DNA of 64,000 nucleotides. It comes from an uncultured virus (IMG/VR IMGVR_UViG_3300047550_002736) (lineage: Duplodnaviria > Heunggongvirae > Uroviricota > Caudoviricetes). Within the stretch, counting starts at the first letter, position 1. Each line of letters opens with the position of its first letter. Below the pieces are notes generated by a model. That model saw only the letters and a list, made by a program, of their open reading frames with translations. It made no database searches and was not told the origin of the DNA. This document shows positions 1 through 8,598 of the stretch, in pieces. Both the position numbers and the translations under genes were made by a program. The stretch lies in the IMG/VR virus record IMGVR_UViG_3300047550_002736; one strand, given 5' to 3'.

Positions 1-541
1 CAATTTCAGCTTTACTAAAGTATAACTCTGGTAAAACATTGTCCAACTCATTATCCTTAAATTGCCAAAATTTTAATAACTGTTTTATGAGCGGTTGAGT
101 AGCTTTTGTTCTTGGGTCAATATTAGTATGATCATATATTCTATAATGATCGTGATATACTTCGCCTGAAAAACTATCAACAAATCCATCGACATAAGGG
201 TTATTGTCAAATATCTCCTTACACATTCTAAATGGTCTGTTTGTAATTTCGTTAGGGTTAATCATGTCAGCAAACAGATTGTATTGTAATTTTTCCGAAG
301 GTAGATATATCTTACAATCTGGATATTTTTCTTTCAACTTTCTTGGCATTGCCGATATGATACCACAATCACCAATTGCAAAACATGTTCTAAACAACAA
401 GAAATTTTTTGAATTTAAATATTCGTCTGGAATATAACGTGGATCTTGAGCAGAAAATCCCAAGTGATCACATTCGTATATACCAAAACGTTTATTATCA
501 CACAGTCTCCAAAATACTTTTTTTGAAATAGGCCTATTCAT
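1..541 (-). CDS. GT9/heptosyltransferase-like glycosyltransferase, partial (runs off window start)
   Basis: Not in the ORF track. Manual translation from ATG 541 (ATGA overlap with the upstream stop) gives MNRPISKK...FRTCFAIGDCGIISAMPRKLKEKYPDCKIY...NNPYVD, resembling the GT9 N-terminal 'IGD...LK..YP...I' and 'NP.VD' motifs. Confidence 0.55.
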   Translation of the reverse strand, partial: MNRPISKKVFWRLCDNKRFGIYECDHLGFSAQDPRYIPDEYLNSKNFLLFRTCFAIGDCGIISAMPRKLKEKYPDCKIYLPSEKLQYNLFADMINPNEITNRPFRMCKEIFDNNPYVDGFVDSFSGEVYHDHYRIYDHTNIDPRTKATQPLIKQLLKFWQFKDNELDNVLPELYFSKAEI

Positions 542-1503
542 TTTAAGATATCTTCACACATTTCTTTCCATTTTTCCAACCAAACAGATTCTTTGTAATA
601 TTTGTCATAATTTGTTGTGGTTGTATTTACACACATATCATAAAAGTCTTTATCGTCACGCAGACGTATTGCTAGTGTATTAGCAGATTCAATATCCCCA
701 ACTTCCACACTCAAATCTGGATGAAGTATGTCTTGTGTATCCAATCCTTTATAACCAATACAAGGAATACCCCAATAAGAACAGTTCAATGCAAACGTTC
801 CTGCAACTCTGGGTCTCATCAAATGAATACCATAACTGAATCTAGACAATTGTTCCATCCAATCAACCCATTCTAAAAATGGCAAATGATTTAAGTTTGG
901 AATGAGTTCTTCATTTTCTATCTTTCGACCCATACTTGGAATCCATATTGGTTTGTTAAAATTTCTAGCCACAAAGTAACTATCCATTCCACTATACCAA
1001 CTACAAAAATTACCACCAATAATAGGTTCACCATTTCGTGCTGGAGTTACATTTCGTTCTTTTATACCATCATCTACAATTAATGTTTGAAGAGTATACG
1101 TTGGTTTTTTAAACATACCACGAAAATACGGAACGTCTGTTTTACTATGAGCAAACATTACATCCATAGATCCCAAGAAATTCAAATAACGAATTTGATC
1201 GACATAATTGTAGTCTTGATAATACCAATGACTACCTTCTTGCATTACACCTATTTTTCTACACAACTTTTTAGCATTTATTAAAAGTGTATCAAGGTTA
1301 AGGTCTTTGAGATTTTTAGGAAGTATTATTACTCCCAAATCATATTCTTGTTTTAAACTATCAACGGGCGCGGAAGCAACAGAATAAATCGGCAATATAT
1401 CTGATTCAGAGGAAGTAGGCCAAGATACAACCACACTCATGTTTTTGAATGTTCTTGGAACTTTACCTACAATATTAATTGGGCTAATAAAACAAGTTTT
1501 CAT
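538..1503 (-). CDS. GT-B fold glycosyltransferase-like protein
   Basis: C-terminal AGTFALNCSYWGIPCIG resembles the GT-B donor-binding motif; coupled to neighbours by ATGA overlaps. Confidence 0.55.
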   Translation of the reverse strand: MKTCFISPINIVGKVPRTFKNMSVVVSWPTSSESDILPIYSVASAPVDSLKQEYDLGVIILPKNLKDLNLDTLLINAKKLCRKIGVMQEGSHWYYQDYNYVDQIRYLNFLGSMDVMFAHSKTDVPYFRGMFKKPTYTLQTLIVDDGIKERNVTPARNGEPIIGGNFCSWYSGMDSYFVARNFNKPIWIPSMGRKIENEELIPNLNHLPFLEWVDWMEQLSRFSYGIHLMRPRVAGTFALNCSYWGIPCIGYKGLDTQDILHPDLSVEVGDIESANTLAIRLRDDKDFYDMCVNTTTTNYDKYYKESVWLEKWKEMCEDILK

Positions 1504-2369
1504 ATCATAACTAATTTGTTTATATCATCTAATGTGAGTATTGATTTTCCTAAATCTCTGACAGTGAACAATTCTCGTATTTGTGATAATTCACCACAAT
1601 CACGTTTATCGAACACTAATAGACCTCGTAATAGATATTGAGTTAGAGGTTTGTTTTTACTGAATTTTTCATATAAAGCTTTAAGTAATATGTAAGTATC
1701 TTCCAATCCATATGTGTCTCCTAGTTCGATTGGCAATTTATATTGTTCTAGAAAAGATTTGGAATAACAAGTAAAAAATCCACCTCCAAATTTAAATGTA
1801 GGCAATTTTACCAATTGAACATCATTTTTATGATACAATGGAATACTAAATAATGATAAATTTTTCTTCCAATAATCATATTGTTTTGAAGACATCATAC
1901 TAATAATATCCCAAGATTCATCCCAATAACATGGTAGTGATGGGGTTATAATATGAGGATTTTTATCAGTAGACGATATCAGTTTACATGAGTCGTGTAT
2001 TTTTTTTAATAATCTGTAGTCAAATTGAATGTCACTATCAAACGTGCAACAATAATCATAATCATATTTTTCGAACTCTACTCTTCTATGACCAACAACT
2101 CCTTTTATATCGTTGTTTACTTCATAGTCAACTTCAAAAAATTTTTTTAATAATTTACAAGCATTTGCGAATATAACTTCGGTGCATTCTTTGGTCATTT
2201 TTGATTCGGACCAATTTATTTGATTTTCTATATTACTATACGTAATTTTAAATTTAATATTTTTAATATCATTTTTATCCAAATGATTACCAGAAATTAA
2301 TAAATTGTTTACTAGTGAAGAAAATTGTGTAACTTCCCATGGCAAAACTAAACATGTAAATTTTATCAT
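1500..2369 (-). CDS. GT-A fold glycosyltransferase-like protein
   Basis: DxD motif (TFDSDIQF), KFGGGFF and YGLED motifs; sits in a GT operon. Confidence 0.5.
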   Translation of the reverse strand: MIKFTCLVLPWEVTQFSSLVNNLLISGNHLDKNDIKNIKFKITYSNIENQINWSESKMTKECTEVIFANACKLLKKFFEVDYEVNNDIKGVVGHRRVEFEKYDYDYCCTFDSDIQFDYRLLKKIHDSCKLISSTDKNPHIITPSLPCYWDESWDIISMMSSKQYDYWKKNLSLFSIPLYHKNDVQLVKLPTFKFGGGFFTCYSKSFLEQYKLPIELGDTYGLEDTYILLKALYEKFSKNKPLTQYLLRGLLVFDKRDCGELSQIRELFTVRDLGKSILTLDDINKLVMI

Positions 2370-3004
2370 ATGCCCATATTTTCTTCCACAGTAAAGTGTT
2401 TGTTATATCTTTCATTTGACTCACGTTGTTTTTCAATTGTTTTTTCATGAATTATAGCATAATCTTTTTGTGGAGGAATCAATGTATAACTTTCATAACC
2501 ATCAACACGTTCATGCAATCTCTTTTTGTAACGTATTGTAGGTTTGTTACGAAATAATCGTGCTTGATAATCTGGAAAATTTACCATATTATCCTTATAT
2601 TGCCAGCCCCACTTATCAATATCAACTTGAGTTACACCAGAAAAATAATTACACCGTGGCAACCAAATAAGATCATTACTATTATTTTGTTCAATTATTA
2701 ATGACAAATGTTGCAACAATAAATCAGTTGGATATTCGTCAGCATCTATTTGAAATATCCATTCACCTCTACAATTTTCTACACCATAATTTTTTTGAGC
2801 ACCATAGTTGTTGTCCAACTTATGTCGATGAAGAATAATTGAATTCTTATATTTTTCAAAGATTTCAAGAGTGATTGGGTTAGTAGAATGATCATCTACA
2901 ATTACAATCTCTTGATTTGGTTTCAAGACATTACATAATTTAGACAATAATTTATCTAAACAATCTGTTTCATTGTGTGTTGTAACCAAAAATGATAAAA
3001 ACAT
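2366..3004 (-). CDS. glycosyltransferase family 2
   Basis: EIVIVDDHS, QKNYG...GEWIFQIDADE, PDYQARLF, LHERV. Confidence 0.85.
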   Translation of the reverse strand: MFLSFLVTTHNETDCLDKLLSKLCNVLKPNQEIVIVDDHSTNPITLEIFEKYKNSIILHRHKLDNNYGAQKNYGVENCRGEWIFQIDADEYPTDLLLQHLSLIIEQNNSNDLIWLPRCNYFSGVTQVDIDKWGWQYKDNMVNFPDYQARLFRNKPTIRYKKRLHERVDGYESYTLIPPQKDYAIIHEKTIEKQRESNERYNKHFTVEENMGI

Positions 3005-3007
3005 AAA

Positions 3008-4324
3008 TTAGATTTTCAACGTTGGTAAATCAATTACTGATGATGGAGCTTTGTTTAACTTTGGCAGAACAAATTGATTTTCTGTGGCAAATTTTGGAAC
3101 ATACTGATCCAATATTGACCATAGTCTTTTATCCATAGCAGACATACTAAACTTTTCAGAGTTTTCTATTCTAAGAAGTTCTGCGTTTTCCACAATCTTT
3201 TTAGGTTTTTGATAGAAAAATTCTTTGAGTTTATTTTGAGCTAATCCATACGAGACCTTAAACCATTTACTTTCTTTGAGTAACCACTCGTTGACCGAAT
3301 TTTTATCAATGTCTACTAATTGTCCTGGCAAAAGATTTGCGTATTTTGGATTTAAGAAATCAAGATGACCACTCCAATTTGATACAAATAATGGTTTGCC
3401 ACTTAATGATTGCAACAATAATGGATGACCATATCCTTCACCATGAGTGAAACTAACGTGTGCTTTAATCTTTGGGTGATTAAATAACGCGTTCATTTCT
3501 ATCTCGGATAGTTCTCCGTGTAACAAATATATGTTTGGAACGGATCCTTTAAATTTTGAGGTAATCTCATTGATATTTTTAAGTGTATCAAATCTATCCA
3601 TTGTTGAAAATCCTACACCCGACGTTTTAAGAATTAAACATGGTTTTGTAGGAGAATTGTTGTTAAATGCTTCACAGAATGAATCAATAAGATTACAGAT
3701 ATCTTTTCTGTCTGCAAATAATTTACCATGCGTCCATTGACCAACAAATAGATAAGCAAAGTCTTCCGGAATTTTTTCTAACATTTCATCTACGGTAGAT
3801 ACACGGTCTTCTGTTTTTTTAAAAATATTTGTATCCGCGCCCCAGAAACATACTTCAATTGGTTTTTTAACAGAAATATCTTCTTTAGTTCCGTTTGGTA
3901 ATTGCTTTATCATTTTAGTATTCATTAGAATATCTTTGGCATGCTTTGATAAAGCAATTGTTAAATCAACTCTATTAACACCTTCGATAAACTGTCCGGA
4001 TGCAACTGTCGTTTCAATACCGGCAGTCATACCAATATTATATTTTCCAATTTTTTGAAATTCATTGGGAATTGACAACTGAATGCAAAGATCAGGTTGT
4101 TTTGTAAGGGGAGCGTTTATAAACTTACTCAATAAATTTATGTCCTCTGGATCGGTGATTTCTTCTGAAAATCTTTTACTTTGACAATTACCCCACTTCT
4201 GTGGTGCAATTTTAACATCAAATTTGTCATAACGAATTATACTTTTGGCAACAGCAGTTGACCAATCTCCATATCCGCTACGATTAAATACTGGACCCGA
4301 AATTACGCATAATGGTTTACTCAT
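3008..4324 (-). CDS. glycosyltransferase family 4-like
   Basis: SGYG N-terminus, DRKDI, GEGYGHPLL, SNWSGHLDFL. Confidence 0.8.
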   Translation of the reverse strand: MSKPLCVISGPVFNRSGYGDWSTAVAKSIIRYDKFDVKIAPQKWGNCQSKRFSEEITDPEDINLLSKFINAPLTKQPDLCIQLSIPNEFQKIGKYNIGMTAGIETTVASGQFIEGVNRVDLTIALSKHAKDILMNTKMIKQLPNGTKEDISVKKPIEVCFWGADTNIFKKTEDRVSTVDEMLEKIPEDFAYLFVGQWTHGKLFADRKDICNLIDSFCEAFNNNSPTKPCLILKTSGVGFSTMDRFDTLKNINEITSKFKGSVPNIYLLHGELSEIEMNALFNHPKIKAHVSFTHGEGYGHPLLLQSLSGKPLFVSNWSGHLDFLNPKYANLLPGQLVDIDKNSVNEWLLKESKWFKVSYGLAQNKLKEFFYQKPKKIVENAELLRIENSEKFSMSAMDKRLWSILDQYVPKFATENQFVLPKLNKAPSSVIDLPTLKI

Positions 4325-4327
4325 AAA

Positions 4328-4894
4328 TTATCCTAATTGTTGTTCTCTTTCTTTAATTAAATCAACATAACGTCTTGATGGGGGTTGGGGAGCATTACCT
4401 AAATTATTATATAGTTCTTCTATACTTTTCATTTGTTTTTTAGCTAAATCAATTGTCTCATTTTTTTGGTCTGTGCTTCCAAATCCACTACTACCACGTT
4501 GAGTCACAGTCAAATCGTCAACTTCATTGAACCTATAATTTGTATATGTTTCAAAAATGATTTGTGCTATAGCAGTTTCTTTACCTTCTTTAATAATAGG
4601 TAATTGGACTGGCGTATCACCCAGGTTGATAAGAGCAACTAGTATTTCACCAGTATAATCACTATCAATTACGCCTGCCAACACATCAATACCATGTTTT
4701 ACAGCAAGACCACTTCTTGGTGCGATTCTACCATAAACACCCTCTGGTATTGCTATTTTAATATCGGTTTTGAATGTTTTACGTTCGCCCGGTTTTAACT
4801 CATATGATTCGGTGGTGTATAAATCATAACCAGCCGCACCTTTACTACCTTTAGACGGTATTTGAGCTTTATTAGACATTTTTACAATATTCAT
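4328..4894 (-). CDS. dut: trimeric dUTPase
   Basis: AAGYDL, RIAPRSGLA, GVIDSDYTGE, IAQII, RGSSGFGST. Confidence 0.95.
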   Translation of the reverse strand: MNIVKMSNKAQIPSKGSKGAAGYDLYTTESYELKPGERKTFKTDIKIAIPEGVYGRIAPRSGLAVKHGIDVLAGVIDSDYTGEILVALINLGDTPVQLPIIKEGKETAIAQIIFETYTNYRFNEVDDLTVTQRGSSGFGSTDQKNETIDLAKKQMKSIEELYNNLGNAPQPPSRRYVDLIKEREQQLG

Positions 4895-5859
4895 GGTATT
4901 TCTTGTTTAATTTTTTCTATATCAATTTTATGTGTTTCAAATCCAACTTTTCCTTGAGGCAAATTTTTGGTATTGTAATTTTCACTGTATTGAAATATAT
5001 CAAACTTCTTTGGTGGTGTAAAGTTTTCAAGTGTAAAATCCATTCCTTTAATAAATTGATCACACATGTTTTTACTGTTAATTCCCCCTTCACCACACGC
5101 CCATTCACGACCTTCTTGTCCATATTGTTCACGTTTTTGAGGACCAGCAAGATACCAATACATGATTGCATCAGCAATATCCTTGTAATCTACAAAATCA
5201 TCCATGATATATGGGGTTGGAGGACTTCCTTGTAGTGTTTGAATTTTAGTCCAAAGTGGTTTTGCCCAGTTACCATGTTTCTTATATTTACCAGTAACAT
5301 TAGTTCCAAATTCCAAATCAAATGTATATGACTTGCCATCGTTGTCAACCAAACCAAGTTGATCTTGTAAACCACCCGTGACAGTTGCAATTACAGGAGT
5401 TCCACACATGATTGATTCTGCGATGCTAAGACCAAATCCTTCATTAGAACTTACGTTTGCCACTACATCCGTGATGTTATAGAAAGCAACCATTTCATCA
5501 GGAGTTCTTCGGAGATCATCAATGACTACTGTATAATCTGGACATATAGCTTTAATTACGGCAAGAAGATCAGTTCCTTGGTCACAAATTTTATCTGTAT
5601 GCAACAATAAAGCGCATTTAGAAGCTTCTTCTTTTGATAAATGATCGCAGAATGTTTTAAAAGCTAGAATTAAATTAGATGGATGTTTTCTGTGAGAGTT
5701 TCTACTGTTAAACCCTACAATAAATTCATATTTATTTTCACCAAATAATTCTTTCTTTAATTTTCTGACATTGCTGTTGTCTTTAGGCAATTGACAAAAA
5801 AGTTTCTGGTCTATTCCATGAGGAACATAGTGAAGTAGATGTTTTCCTTTTACTGGCAT
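4891..5859 (-). CDS. GT4 glycosyltransferase, C-terminal half (split gene)
   Basis: Begins at YVPHGID; RN..RK, NEGFGLSIAESIMCGTPVIATVTGGLQDQ. Confidence 0.8.
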   Translation of the reverse strand: MPVKGKHLLHYVPHGIDQKLFCQLPKDNSNVRKLKKELFGENKYEFIVGFNSRNSHRKHPSNLILAFKTFCDHLSKEEASKCALLLHTDKICDQGTDLLAVIKAICPDYTVVIDDLRRTPDEMVAFYNITDVVANVSSNEGFGLSIAESIMCGTPVIATVTGGLQDQLGLVDNDGKSYTFDLEFGTNVTGKYKKHGNWAKPLWTKIQTLQGSPPTPYIMDDFVDYKDIADAIMYWYLAGPQKREQYGQEGREWACGEGGINSKNMCDQFIKGMDFTLENFTPPKKFDIFQYSENYNTKNLPQGKVGFETHKIDIEKIKQEIP

Positions 5860-6398
5860 ATAATTTTTCCTTCCTTATCAAAATCTCCGTGAATACTAGT
5901 GCAGTTTTCTGGGCCCAAGACCCACTTATTAATATTATCAGTTTGTTTACTAATCGCAAATAGAGCATCACAACTCTTGTAGAATGGTTTGTTCCACATT
6001 GGATATGGTAGATCATCCCAAATATCAAGGTATGTTAATGGAATTTTGCTTCTTAATTGATGTTCGATCAAGTATAACCATGTCCAAAATCTTGGATCTG
6101 TAAAATGTAAAATAGCGTCCGGTTTTTCAACGGCCATTACATTAAATAATATTTCTTCGTTACCATAACCATCAACTGGATATAGTTTTAAATAACAATC
6201 TTTTAAACCTGTCAATCGATTTGAAGCATCACACATGTCTACCACTTTTCCTTGCTCAGGATGTTTAATTGCTCCAGCCATTTGAACCCAATCATAATGA
6301 TGAAGGGTGCCTGTAACTAATTCTCGACTCATAGTAGCTACACCACTATGCATTCGCAAATCGTCACTTAACAAAAGTATTTTCTTTTTCTTATTCAT
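5850..6398 (-). CDS. GT4 glycosyltransferase, N-terminal half (split gene)
   Basis: KILLLSDDLRMHSGVATMSRE, KPDAILHFTDP, IWDD, AISKQT; no C-terminal Rossmann domain. Confidence 0.75.
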   Translation of the reverse strand: MNKKKKILLLSDDLRMHSGVATMSRELVTGTLHHYDWVQMAGAIKHPEQGKVVDMCDASNRLTGLKDCYLKLYPVDGYGNEEILFNVMAVEKPDAILHFTDPRFWTWLYLIEHQLRSKIPLTYLDIWDDLPYPMWNKPFYKSCDALFAISKQTDNINKWVLGPENCTSIHGDFDKEGKIICQ

Positions 6399-6616
6399 TT
6401 TTTGTCTTTTGGATTTGAAAATTGAAACGGTTGATTATAACTTAATTGTTGTGTAACACTTTCACTGATTTCATTTCTAAAACTATCATCTTCAATATAC
6501 TTTTGAAGACATTTATTTACAAAGTCTTGAAACGAAATACGTGCTCGCACATTGATTTCCTTGAATTGAGTATATAACTCATTATCAAGTTTTACTGTAG
6601 TAACAAATTGGTCCAT
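6395..6616 (-). CDS. small ribbon-helix-helix-like DNA-binding protein
   Basis: ATG 6616; TTVKLDNELYTQFK...ISFQDFVNKCLQKYI fits a beta-helix-helix pattern. Confidence 0.5.
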   Translation of the reverse strand: MDQFVTTVKLDNELYTQFKEINVRARISFQDFVNKCLQKYIEDDSFRNEISESVTQQLSYNQPFQFSNPKDKK

Positions 6617-6665
6617 AACATATTCACATATATACGTATGTAAATATGCCAACAAATGTTATATT

Positions 6666-7556
6666 TTATTTTGTAGCTTTACCATCGCAAATTTTCTTGT
6701 AGTGGATACAATATTTGCAGTTCTTTTTTCCATTGCCTGGAATCTTTGGATACTGATTGGTTTCGTTATATGACCCATCTGGGTTGAACCCATGATCCAA
6801 GAATTCAATAAAGTTATTGATGGATTCTTTGATATCATTCGATCCATGTGGTGGAACAAACACTTGAATTCTGCTTTGAGGAAAGCTAACGTTTTCTAAC
6901 AACTTACGTTTAACAATAAAAAATTCGACATCAATTGCATCCAAAGGCACATTGAACTTCTTACTGTATACACTCTTGTAGAGATGCAACTGAGCATATT
7001 TAGCTTCGTCAGCCTTTTGATACTTGTTCCAACCTTGACTTGAGGTCTTGAAATCAATGATTCTGTATCGTTCTTTATTGACTTCTTTTAAGACAATATC
7101 AATAAATCCAACAAACTCCACATTATTTTTGATAGAAATTTCTAGAGGAATTTCAATACCAATTAGTTCATATTCTTTTGCTGGAAAATGTTTAAGTCTA
7201 TTGGCGGTCTTACAAAATGTAGAAATAATATCTTCACCATCATAACAAAATTCGGTGAATTCTTCTTCTGTATATGATCCTCCTACAGTTGCGATCTTTT
7301 TCACTTCTTCACTAAATTTGTCGATGAACATTTGACGAAGATTTAATGAGTCTGCTTCGGTCACACTCTTTTTATACAGTGTATCTAGATACGTCTGAAA
7401 TACATGATGAATGGCAGTTCCAAACGTGGTATTGATATTATCATCACGAACACGTAGATTCTTAACATAATCAAGATACCACTTGTGAGGACACTTTAAA
7501 AACGTGGAATATTGACTAAAACTTACTCTATTCTTTTTTATTTCTTGATCAGACAT
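6666..7556 (-). CDS. PD-(D/E)XK (Cas4/AddB-like) nuclease
   Basis: SFSQ...CP, FGTAIH, GFIDIV, IIDFKTS, QLHLY, C-terminal CKYC...C; start ATG 7556 chosen from promoter position. Confidence 0.85.
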   Translation of the reverse strand: MSDQEIKKNRVSFSQYSTFLKCPHKWYLDYVKNLRVRDDNINTTFGTAIHHVFQTYLDTLYKKSVTEADSLNLRQMFIDKFSEEVKKIATVGGSYTEEEFTEFCYDGEDIISTFCKTANRLKHFPAKEYELIGIEIPLEISIKNNVEFVGFIDIVLKEVNKERYRIIDFKTSSQGWNKYQKADEAKYAQLHLYKSVYSKKFNVPLDAIDVEFFIVKRKLLENVSFPQSRIQVFVPPHGSNDIKESINNFIEFLDHGFNPDGSYNETNQYPKIPGNGKKNCKYCIHYKKICDGKATK

Positions 7557-7562
7557 AACAAC

Positions 7563-7590
7563 ATGATACACTATAATTACCGTGTGTCAA
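7563..7590 (-). promoter_or_regulatory. sigma70-like promoter, leaderless geometry
   Basis: TTGACA-16nt-TATCAT, then 6 nt, then ATG 7556. Confidence 0.6.
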
Positions 7591-7600
7591 TCATAACAAC

Positions 7601-7607
7601 TATTTAT
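7601..7607 (+). promoter_or_regulatory. TATTTAT putative late promoter motif
   Basis: 6 nt upstream of ATG 7614; same spacing at 16372 and 46615. Confidence 0.5.
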
Positions 7608-7613
7608 TAACAT

Positions 7614-8360
7614 ATGAACAAATTAACATCAATAATTTTCTCCGTATTATTATCAATAAATGCATTTGGTAATGACCTATTTTTGTATGAATCTACATTG
7701 GGTGTAACTATCTCTGAAGTAGTAGCAAACAAGTTAAAGGACTATGATATTACTGTTGGAAAAACTTATACTTTGACCAATAGTTTGTCGGTCACCACTT
7801 CAACAAATGGAACATCCGTATATGTGTTGCCATATAGAGTAGCAGTGTATCAAAAGGAAAACTCTGCGACGTATTTTAATCAAACCCAAACTGAATACAT
7901 TAACAATTTTAAATTGCCTGAGGTAGTAAAAGTCAAAGATCATTTATTTAATTTTTCATCAAATGGTGAATTGTATGTAATAAGTGAAGCTGACAAACAA
8001 CTTACAATTGGCACAAGCATGGGATTGATTGTTTTTGATAAAGCAAAATTGTTTGTTAAATCCGGCGAAAAGTTTACACAAGTTTATGTGGTAGAAGGCA
8101 AAGCAACAGTGTTGGATACAAAATCTTCAAAGAAAAAGAAAGAAATCAAAGAGGGAGATTTTCTTGTAATTACTCCGCAAGCAGCACTTAGTCCAAGAGA
8201 AGCAAAAGTAACAGTGCTTGGAAACAGCTTTAGCATAAAAGAAGTAGAAGATGTAGAAAAAGAATCTCATGCCGCCGAAATTAAGACTTTGCAAACAAAA
8301 TTAGACAACACATTGTTTGTAAATTATGATTCTAATATATTTGGTTTTAAGCTTAAATGA
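7614..8360 (+). CDS. secreted protein, possible FecR-like beta domain
   Basis: Signal-peptide-like MNKLTSIIFSVLLSINAFG; TQVYVVEGKATV resembles the FecR 'T.V.V.EG.V.V' motif. Confidence 0.45.
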   Translation: MNKLTSIIFSVLLSINAFGNDLFLYESTLGVTISEVVANKLKDYDITVGKTYTLTNSLSVTTSTNGTSVYVLPYRVAVYQKENSATYFNQTQTEYINNFKLPEVVKVKDHLFNFSSNGELYVISEADKQLTIGTSMGLIVFDKAKLFVKSGEKFTQVYVVEGKATVLDTKSSKKKKEIKEGDFLVITPQAALSPREAKVTVLGNSFSIKEVEDVEKESHAAEIKTLQTKLDNTLFVNYDSNIFGFKLK

Positions 8361-8587
8361 CATTACAACAGTTACGTAGTTTAAACGAAGACGAATTATC
8401 AATATTATGGTATTGCGTAAATAAGGTTCCGCCGCAAGTATTAGCTGGCGTAGAACTTGAACCTAGTTTATTCACAAGTATTAACCATAGAAAATTGATG
8501 AATAAATTAACTAATTGTAGAATATTGATAAAAGAAGAACATCGCCAAGTTTTTGATGGACTTATGGACAAGTTGCGGTTACCATAA
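8357..8587 (+). CDS. hypothetical protein
   Basis: 76 aa ORF with ATGA overlap, directly upstream of polB. Confidence 0.6.
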   Translation: MTLQQLRSLNEDELSILWYCVNKVPPQVLAGVELEPSLFTSINHRKLMNKLTNCRILIKEEHRQVFDGLMDKLRLP

Positions 8588-8598
8588 GAACATAGAGT

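Noticed and set aside
6666..7556. CRISPR-Cas (Cas4)
   Set aside because: No repeat-spacer array or other cas genes; solo Cas4-like nucleases are common in phages
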